Program-made: the position numbers and the translations under genes
Shown: positions 38,301-44,951 of the stretch, in pieces
How positions within the stretch are numbered: the first letter of the stretch is position 1
How the letters are laid out: each line of letters starts with the position of its first letter
Source: Bdellovibrionales bacterium
GTDB taxonomy: Bacteria > Bdellovibrionota > Bdellovibrionia > Bdellovibrionales > JAGQZY01
Direction: 5' to 3'
DNA: 54,765 nucleotides
Assembly: GCA_031426555.1 (NCBI GenBank)
Contig: JANPLN010000045.1
Span: forward strand, 1 to 54,765
The notes under the pieces: generated by a model
What the model was told of the DNA's origin: nothing
Databases searched by the model: none
Seen by the model: the letters and a program-made list of their open reading frames with translations, nothing else

Positions 38301-41300
38301 GGCAACAAAGAAGTCGACATCAACGTGAACGAAGCTAACTTCGCGCTTGGTACGATTCCAAATACAGCAGCAGGAAATATCGCGGCCACCAACGCTCAAA
38401 CGGCCATCAACGAACTCGACACCGAAAAAGTTGCCAAAGCTGGCGACTCCATGACCGGTGCATTAACATTGAGTGCGCAAACTCAAGCGCGCTTTGCAGA
38501 CAGCGCGGGCGGCGAGTACGCTGCCATACAAGCTCCAGCGACTATCGGTGCCAACTACGTCCTTACACTTCCAGACACCGCCGGCAGTGCCAGCCAAGTT
38601 TTAACAACGAATGGTTCCGGTGTATTAAGTTGGACCACACTCTCAGCAACCGGAGATTTCTTAGCAAACGGAAGTATACCTATGACCGGGCAACTGCGCG
38701 CTGTTGCCGGTACAAATGCAGCCCCCGGCTATACTTTTTCAGGAGATCTGGATACAGGTTTATTTAATCCCTATGACGGCGCAATTCGAATGACGTTCAA
38801 TGGAACGGGCTCATTTACTTTCGATGCTAATGGAATGAGTTCAGTTAATGGAGGAATCTATATTCGGCCCAATAATGGAAATGCATCCTTTCCCTCTTAT
38901 TCGTTTGGTGGCGATGATGACACCGGCACTTTTCTTCCAAGCGCAAATACAATGGGTTTTAGTACAGCTGGTGTCGAACGTTTCAGGATCGATTCTTCTG
39001 GCAACGTCGGTATCGGTACAACAGCTCCAGGAACCACACTGGATGTAGCAGGTGCAATCACTTCGCGACCCTACGGCACTGCCACAGGTGAAGCTGGACA
39101 ACTTATAATGCGCGAACTTGCAGCCGGTGGTACCGACACTGTAGCGATTCGAGCGCCAGATGCGATCGGAATAAGCTATGCTTTAACACTGCCAGGTACT
39201 GCAGGCAGTGCGAACCAAGTTTTAACCACGAATGGTTCCGGCGTGCTTAGCTGGACAGCACCATCAGCGACGCCCGGTGCCGACAGCCTCAACTTTACAG
39301 ATTTCGCGGATGCTCTTGTGCTTGATGCATCAACAGATATTTCTGCAGCGGGAACAAACGCACTTTCAATAACCAATACTGGAACAGGAAACTCGTTTGT
39401 TGTGAATGACGAGACCTCAGATACCACACCCTTTGTGATTGGGCCCGATGGGAATGTGGGTATTGGCGCACAACCCACCGCTGGAGCTGGCTTGTTTGTC
39501 GAGGAAAATATTGCGACGAACAGTTCATTAGTCGTCGATGGGGCATTGGCTATTTCCCGATCGGGTTCAAGTCTTTTAGTTGGAAGTGATACCAACTGGG
39601 ACTCGATTTCGCTATCACCAGATGGCGCTCCGGTACTGACTGCGCTAGATAATGGTCGTGTAGGCATAGGAACAACAGTGCCGGGCACAATTATTGATGC
39701 CGCAGGTGCCATTACGTCGCGTCCCAACGGAACGGGCACTGGTCAAACAGGTCAGTTGATTATGCGGGAGCTCGCAGCTGGTGGCACCGACACAGTAGCG
39801 ATTCGTGCTCCGGATGCTATCACAACAAGTTATGCATTAACCCTTCCTGGAACAGCAGGCAGTGCGAGCCAAGTATTAACAACGAACGGTTCTGGTGTCT
39901 TAAGCTGGACTACGCCAAGCGCAACGGCTGCACTTTCAAGTCTAACAGCAGCTTCGGCAACAAACACCATCGCCAACACAAACTATGCACAAGTGTGGAA
40001 CTGGAACACGCTCACTACGCAAACGGCAATGAGTCTTAGCACAAACTCTGGCACCACCGGCACTCTTTTAAATTTAACCAACACATTCGACAGTGCTACG
40101 TCCACTGGAAATGTCCTTAGGATCGCATCGACTGGCACAAACAATGCGGCCGAACCATTACTTATAGTAAACGGAGGGACGGGACCTACACTCCGTGTAA
40201 ATGACAACGGGTCGGATTCTGACTTGTCACCGTTTCTTATTGATGCCAGTGGTAGCGTGGGAATTGGAGTCGTTGTGCCGGGTACAATCCTCGATGTTGC
40301 AGGCGCAATCACTTCACGGCCGAGCGGTACTGGCACAGGGCAAACCGGTCAGATCATAATGCGCGAACTTGCATCAGGGGGCTTAAACACTTTCACAATT
40401 CGTGCACCTGATGGTTTAAACGCAAATCGTGTTTTAACTCTTCCAGATTCAGACGGATCAAACGGTCAAGTGTTAAGCACCAACGGAAGTGGCGCACTAA
40501 GTTGGATACCTACTCCGGCCGGATCACTTTCGGGACTGACTGCTGCAACTGGAACAAATACGATTGCAAATGCTGATTTCGCGCAAGTTTGGAACTGGGA
40601 CACTCTAACGACGCAATCTGCGATGAGCCTGGGGACGACTTCGGGCACGACTGGAACCCTATTAAATTTAGCCAACACGTTTAACAGCGCAACATCCACT
40701 GGCAACGTTCTTAAAGTGTCAACCACTGGAGCATCCAACGCAGCAGTGCCGTTGATGGTCACAAATGCGGGTACCGGAAATTCGTTCAGAGTGAATGATG
40801 ATGGCACCGATACTGACACCTCTCCATTTGTGGTAGATGCCACTGGTAACTTAGGGATTGGTACGACCGTACCTTCAGAAAAGCTAGAAGTGAACGGAAA
40901 TATATTGCTGAGTTCGGATGTTATTTCACCAATGAAACTTCGATTTTCACCCACAGATTCAGGAACTAATTATAATAACACTGTCGAAGAGCGAAAGTTT
41001 CAGTTGGCTACTGGGCCATTCGGCGACGGATCATTCGCCTACAATTTTTCTTGGAGAAATAACAACGACACACAAAGAATTATGGCTGCAACTTTTCATA
41101 AAAATGGCGACGTCCTGTTCCCAAGCGGAAATATCGGCGCGGGAACGTTGTCGCCCGGGACCCGTCTCGACGTTGCCGGTGCCATCACTTCCCGTCCTAA
41201 CGGTACGGGCACTGGGCAAACAGGTCAGTTGATTATGCGTGAACTTGCAGCCGGTGGCACCGACACAGTAGCGATCCGCGCGCCAGACGCAATTGGCACA

Positions 41301-43109
41301 AGCTATTCATTAACACTCCCTGGAACGGCGGGTAGTGCGAGCCAGGTATTAACAACCAACGGTTCTGGCGTTTTAAGCTGGACAACGCCAAGCGGATCAA
41401 GCGCCCTTTCAGGTTTAACAGCAGCTTCGGCAACAAACACCATTGCGGATACAAACTACGCGCAAGTGTGGAACTGGGATACTCTCACAACGCAAACGGC
41501 GATGAGCATGGGCACCACGTCGGGCACAACCGGCACACTTTTAAATTTAACCAACTCATTTAACAGTGCTACGTCAACTGGAAACGTTCTGAAAGTTTCA
41601 GCAACAGGTGCATCCAATGCTGCTGTGCCATTGATGGTCACAAATGCCGGAACTGGCGGATCTTTCCGAGTGAACGACGATGGCACGGACACAGACACAA
41701 CTCCATTTGTGATAGATGCTACGGGACAGATCGGGATCGGAACTACGGCTCCTTTCGGTCTGTTGGACCTTTCAACAGGAGTAGCGGGCGCTAGTCCAGT
41801 GGCTACTTTCAACGACGCCGATGTGGCACATGGGATGACGGCTATCGGGGCAAATACAAACACAGTTGGAGCCATTGGCACATTATCCAATACAGCAGGC
41901 GGTCTTTTGATAAATGGTTACTCGGATGATGCGAACACGTCTGGAATTCAAATAAATGCATTTATAGGCTCTGCGTCTCCTACCGCAGGGACACCTGGGA
42001 TTTTATTGATGGGTATGAAAAAAAATGGCACTACCGTACAAAATCTTGCATCAGGCGACACACTTTTAAAGGTGCAAAATGGTGATAACGTAACTGTTGG
42101 CTTTAATATTTTGGGATCTGGAAATGTCGGTATTGGAACGACTGGGCCCGCCAGGCTGCTGCATGTCAACGGGCCGATGCGTGTTGCGGCATCGGCACTT
42201 CCGGCCACGGGCCTCGCGGCGGGCGAAATCGCGGTGGACTCTGGCGATGGCAATAAGCTGAAATGGTACGACGGTTCGGCGTGGCAGGCGGCCGGAGGAT
42301 CAGGTGGCGGTGGTTACGCAGGGACTGTGGATATTACAGCCGCGAGTTACAGCATAACCAGCGGCCAGAACGGCATTTACTTCACGTTTAACCACTCTGC
42401 GGCAGGCACGATCAATTTACCGGCTCTCTCAGGGCTCTCAGATGGTTTTCAAGTGACGATCTTAAGACAGGTTGCTCAAGCCCTAACTCTCAGTCCGAAC
42501 GGCGCTGATACGTTCCCAAGCGGAATTACAACGATTGAGATGCAAGGTCAGAACATGGCCTCTGTGACGTTAACAAAACTTGGTTCTAAGTGGAATCTTA
42601 CGAACACGACAGACGACTGTATCAAGGGGCAAGCCTGCTGGGGTGCAGGGAATCTTTACGTCGGCACACTCAATGGCAAGCAGTACTTCACTACACCTGG
42701 CGGATGCACGGACTCAGGCACTCCGACATGTGCAGGTGGTACAGACACTGTTACGAAAGCTTGGGCGACAGCAGCTCCGGAATCAAATACCGACTTACCT
42801 ATAAATGAAAATGATGATGGCAAAACCCAGTCGGCAACGTTAGCAACCTATATTACAGCCAACGCAGCAAAGTACTGCGAGAACATGACCTATGCTGGAT
42901 ATAGTGACTGGTATTTGCCAGCCAATTCGGAACTAAACATGCTATACCAGTCACGGGGAAATATAACTGGTTTTGTGTATACCACTGCTTATTGGTCATC
43001 TACGGAGCGTAGTGCTACAAGTGCGTGGTTCTTCAACTTCGACCTTGGGAACCTCTCTAACGTAAACAAAACGAATATTCTTTATATACGCTGTGTTCGC
43101 AGATTCTGA
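35367..43109 (+). CDS. 2580-aa phage-tail-fibre-like mosaic adhesin (Bdellovibrio MAT-type) with C-terminal DUF1566/Lcl-like domain
   Basis: Signal peptide; N-domain TVDGRL...CILYEEEQ...GYFNVRVGS; many LTLP...GQVLxTNGSGVLSW and GNVGIGTTxP fibre repeats; C-terminal AKYC...GYSDWYLP...EL...YWSSTE...AW..F..G...RCVRRF. Confidence 0.9.
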   Translation: MVLRLQFYSLKCTLYLLGLLLSLPSFAQAQTEPPQFMTVDGRLYDSTTPEDPLLDNSVLMKIQILNPAKTCILYEEEQTVSTLSSNGYFNVRVGSPTAGAESLKRTTATIDVGNSMMEVFQNQNASVAGKTSGGAGCGYTPAAGDTRYFRFVVTPSTTGVTSTLSPDMQIDSVPQSLVAETLQGMTPSNFVQTNTDVTQAKVNTLFGASYTTLSGLLAGSSSLYLQNTTNGTVIPNRATNPVAPTAGQIWYDSDDFVLRYYDGTSVLTLGTSGGDPTKLPLAGGTMAGAIGMGSNDITDIGHMTQAAQRTFRFGVYTTIQQGTLIATPLVAGHEGTVWYNTTTNKLMFWDGTAEFAVSPVDSVFGRTGAVVAAASDYDANQIDNIPAGAISATEVQAAINELDTEKVAKAGDSMGGALTFNTQNQARFADSAGGEYAAIQAPTTIGTNYVLTLPDTAGTNGQVLSTNGSGVLSWIAIPSAPVTTVFGRSGAVVAAVSDYDSNQIDNTPAGAISATEVQSAINELDTEKVAKAGDTMTGALNIDNEQELRLSEADGSGANYVAFKALTTMGANYTLTLPPDDGNSGQYLQTDGNGVLAWVTPAGVGETNTASNQGAGGVGVFKQKTTFDLEFRNINAASNKISVALDAGNNEIDINVNEANLAITTRAINTAAGSGLSGGGDLSADRSLSVNINGTTAETVAAANDEILVYDTSATALRKMARSDFLTGYLTAEADTLATVTGRGASTATTITLNTQAQARFADSAGGEYAAIQAPTTIAANYVLTLPDTAGTNGQVLSTNGSGVLSWIAIPSAPVSTVFGRSGAVVAAASDYDANQIDNTAAGNIAATDVQAALNELDTEKVAKAGDSMTGSLTMNAQNEVRYADSDSSNYVAVRSPATVASNVTLTLPATAGLSGQYLQTDGAGVLSWVTPSGAGETNTASNQGVGGVGLYDAKSTFDLQFRNINAASNKVTVALDAGNKEVDINVNEANFALGTIPNTAAGNIAATNAQTAINELDTEKVAKAGDSMTGALTLSAQTQARFADSAGGEYAAIQAPATIGANYVLTLPDTAGSASQVLTTNGSGVLSWTTLSATGDFLANGSIPMTGQLRAVAGTNAAPGYTFSGDLDTGLFNPYDGAIRMTFNGTGSFTFDANGMSSVNGGIYIRPNNGNASFPSYSFGGDDDTGTFLPSANTMGFSTAGVERFRIDSSGNVGIGTTAPGTTLDVAGAITSRPYGTATGEAGQLIMRELAAGGTDTVAIRAPDAIGISYALTLPGTAGSANQVLTTNGSGVLSWTAPSATPGADSLNFTDFADALVLDASTDISAAGTNALSITNTGTGNSFVVNDETSDTTPFVIGPDGNVGIGAQPTAGAGLFVEENIATNSSLVVDGALAISRSGSSLLVGSDTNWDSISLSPDGAPVLTALDNGRVGIGTTVPGTIIDAAGAITSRPNGTGTGQTGQLIMRELAAGGTDTVAIRAPDAITTSYALTLPGTAGSASQVLTTNGSGVLSWTTPSATAALSSLTAASATNTIANTNYAQVWNWNTLTTQTAMSLSTNSGTTGTLLNLTNTFDSATSTGNVLRIASTGTNNAAEPLLIVNGGTGPTLRVNDNGSDSDLSPFLIDASGSVGIGVVVPGTILDVAGAITSRPSGTGTGQTGQIIMRELASGGLNTFTIRAPDGLNANRVLTLPDSDGSNGQVLSTNGSGALSWIPTPAGSLSGLTAATGTNTIANADFAQVWNWDTLTTQSAMSLGTTSGTTGTLLNLANTFNSATSTGNVLKVSTTGASNAAVPLMVTNAGTGNSFRVNDDGTDTDTSPFVVDATGNLGIGTTVPSEKLEVNGNILLSSDVISPMKLRFSPTDSGTNYNNTVEERKFQLATGPFGDGSFAYNFSWRNNNDTQRIMAATFHKNGDVLFPSGNIGAGTLSPGTRLDVAGAITSRPNGTGTGQTGQLIMRELAAGGTDTVAIRAPDAIGTSYSLTLPGTAGSASQVLTTNGSGVLSWTTPSGSSALSGLTAASATNTIADTNYAQVWNWDTLTTQTAMSMGTTSGTTGTLLNLTNSFNSATSTGNVLKVSATGASNAAVPLMVTNAGTGGSFRVNDDGTDTDTTPFVIDATGQIGIGTTAPFGLLDLSTGVAGASPVATFNDADVAHGMTAIGANTNTVGAIGTLSNTAGGLLINGYSDDANTSGIQINAFIGSASPTAGTPGILLMGMKKNGTTVQNLASGDTLLKVQNGDNVTVGFNILGSGNVGIGTTGPARLLHVNGPMRVAASALPATGLAAGEIAVDSGDGNKLKWYDGSAWQAAGGSGGGGYAGTVDITAASYSITSGQNGIYFTFNHSAAGTINLPALSGLSDGFQVTILRQVAQALTLSPNGADTFPSGITTIEMQGQNMASVTLTKLGSKWNLTNTTDDCIKGQACWGAGNLYVGTLNGKQYFTTPGGCTDSGTPTCAGGTDTVTKAWATAAPESNTDLPINENDDGKTQSATLATYITANAAKYCENMTYAGYSDWYLPANSELNMLYQSRGNITGFVYTTAYWSSTERSATSAWFFNFDLGNLSNVNKTNILYIRCVRRF

Positions 43110-43213
43110 TAAACGTAACGTACAGTAGCGACAACCGACACTCATACCATCGCGATTTGTGGGAAAAAAAGCGCAAAACTGTCAGATCTTGTGCGGTCAA
43201 AGCCGAGCAAAAT

Positions 43214-43405
43214 TTATTTTGCTTGAGAGGGAGTCTCAGTGGAAACGCCTTCGTTTGCCGAAGGCTGGCGCAAAGGAACATTTACAGCCTCAGCTTCATG
43301 AATGGCAAAGCGTTTCGAATAACTTGGCGAACTGACTTTTTGATGCACAAACCAAGCAAAAAGTCCTAGCCACAAAAGTGAAAAAAGCAAAAATTTACGA
43401 TTCAA
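43214..43405 (-). CDS. Small membrane-anchored/exported protein
   Basis: TTG start after GGGGG; N-terminal TM RKFLLFSLLWLGLFAWFV; RQPSA motif; perfect GCCGATAA on the minus strand at 43438-43445. Confidence 0.55.
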   Translation of the reverse strand: MNRKFLLFSLLWLGLFAWFVHQKVSSPSYSKRFAIHEAEAVNVPLRQPSANEGVSTETPSQAK

Positions 43406-43522
43406 AGGCGCCCCCAAAGAAAAACTGTCTATTTCCATTATCGGCTAAGCCAAAAAAAGTTGCCAAGAAAACCGAGCTTGAAATCTCAAAATGAAACACA
43501 ACTAGCCCTCAGCTCATTTCTA

Positions 43523-44662
43523 CTAAACTAGACCTACATGCCTGCTAAAATCAGTAAATGGGAGTATCGAAGTGCGGTCGTCGATCTGCCTTGAAGCTTG
43601 CCCTAGGTGGACTTGATAAAAATGGGGAATATCGGTGCGTTCACGAAAGTAAGGGATGTGAGGAGAAAGTTTTTTGTCTCCATATTTGCATTCCACCGCG
43701 AACAGAGGTTTCTTGTTTTTAAGTAAAACAAAATCGATCTCTCTTTTATCGGTATCACGTAAAAAGCGGAGCTCCATTTTATAACCTTCTACATCCTCCA
43801 TGTAGTGGCAGTATTTGAGAAGATGGGAACCCACCATATTTTCAAAACGGATGCCTGGGCTTTCGACTTGACTCCAATCGTAAAGATACAGTTTTTGTTC
43901 TTTTTTGACGGCGCGTATTTTAGCGGCTCCAAAAGGTGGAATTTGGTAGCAGTAATAAAGAGAACCTAAAATCCCAAGCCATCTTTTAATGGATTTAAAA
44001 TCAGCCTCAATATCATTTGCCAACGAATTGATAGATAAGGGGGATCCCACACGGTTGGGTAGCTCTTCGGCGAGTTGATAGATTTTTTCCAAGTCTTTAA
44101 CATCTTCCCAATCCTTAAGATCGGTTCGAATCAGGCGGTCTAAGCGTTGGATGTGCCATCGACGAAGATAGCGCTCGTCCTCTGTATGATACGGCTCCGG
44201 AAATCCTCCAAATTTTAAAAGTCGCTCAATGTTTGTCGTAGCATGATTAAGTTCGGCGACACTGTACGGATGTAACCTGTAGTAATAATAGCGTCCGAGC
44301 AAAGAATCGCCGCCTTTTCGAAAATGATCGAGACGGGCAGATCCGGTCACAAGAAAAGAGTGAGAGTTTTTAAAAGTATCATAATAGCCTTTGAGCAAAG
44401 TGCGCCATTTTTTGTGTTTATGGATTTCATCAAAAATAATCAGCGGCTCGTCTCTGGGCCAATTCTGGTTTTTTATTTTATGTCGATGCTGGTCGTTGTC
44501 CCAGTTGAAGTAGGCAGGGTGCCCGTCGCGGTAGTTGCGAAGTAGGCCCTGAGCGAGTGTAGTTTTACCAACTTGTCGTGGCCCGCCAATAAAAACCATC
44601 TTTGTTTTAAGATCTTCTTTGATAAATTCTTCTAAATAGCGCCGCATGAGTTTTTTGGACAT
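43523..44662 (-). CDS. AAA_14 + DUF4143 ATPase (COG1373-type) with C-terminal PD-(D/E)xK-like motif
   Basis: GPRQVGKTT, IIFDEIH, VTGSA, SLLGR, GGFPEP, FEN, REIDFV...AVECK. Confidence 0.9.
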   Translation of the reverse strand: MSKKLMRRYLEEFIKEDLKTKMVFIGGPRQVGKTTLAQGLLRNYRDGHPAYFNWDNDQHRHKIKNQNWPRDEPLIIFDEIHKHKKWRTLLKGYYDTFKNSHSFLVTGSARLDHFRKGGDSLLGRYYYYRLHPYSVAELNHATTNIERLLKFGGFPEPYHTEDERYLRRWHIQRLDRLIRTDLKDWEDVKDLEKIYQLAEELPNRVGSPLSINSLANDIEADFKSIKRWLGILGSLYYCYQIPPFGAAKIRAVKKEQKLYLYDWSQVESPGIRFENMVGSHLLKYCHYMEDVEGYKMELRFLRDTDKREIDFVLLKNKKPLFAVECKYGDKKLSPHIPYFRERTDIPHFYQVHLGQASRQIDDRTSILPFTDFSRHVGLV

Positions 44663-44710
44663 AAATCCAAGTTACTCATGAGTAAATTGGAGTCAACACC
44701 AATTTACTCA
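44663..44710 (-). promoter_or_regulatory. Leaderless sigma70-like promoter overlapped by a palindromic operator
   Basis: Minus strand TTGACT-N16-TAACTT-N6-ATG; 26-bp near-palindrome TCCAAGTTACTCATGAGTAAATTGGA (44666-44691) plus a half-site CCAATTTACTCA (44699-44710). Confidence 0.65.
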
Positions 44711-44812
44711 CGCTCAATTGTTTTCTACTCAATAGACGCAGCTCCGTCCGCTTACAGCCCAAAAGTCCAGGCGCGACTGAAACTGAAGTGTTATTTAGAT
44801 TTGCGTGTGACG

Positions 44813-44935
44813 ATTTTTAGGAACAAGAATCTGAGTTTAAATATACCTTAAAAACGAGTTCCGCAGACCCGCAGGGGCGAGGACTGTCCGAGGCTTTTCA
44901 GGTATATTTAAACTCAGATTCTTGTTCCTAAAAAT
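44813..44935. repeat. Perfect 36-bp inverted repeat around a 51-nt GC-rich core
   Basis: ATTTTTAGGAACAAGAATCTGAGTTTAAATATACCT (44813-44848) and its exact reverse complement (44900-44935). Confidence 0.95.
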
Positions 44936-44951
44936 TGTTCTCTAAGTAAGC

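Noticed and set aside
35367..43109. Prophage tail gene
   Set aside because: Has a Sec signal peptide and a cellular promoter; no capsid, terminase, integrase or other phage genes nearby.
44813..44935. CRISPR repeat/anti-repeat pair or retron ncRNA (36-nt arms)
   Set aside because: Only one inverted pair, with no array, cas gene or reverse transcriptase in the window.
42975..44950. Complete DGR cassette within the window
   Set aside because: No RT, Avd or template-repeat copy found by eye; kept only as a remote-target hypothesis.
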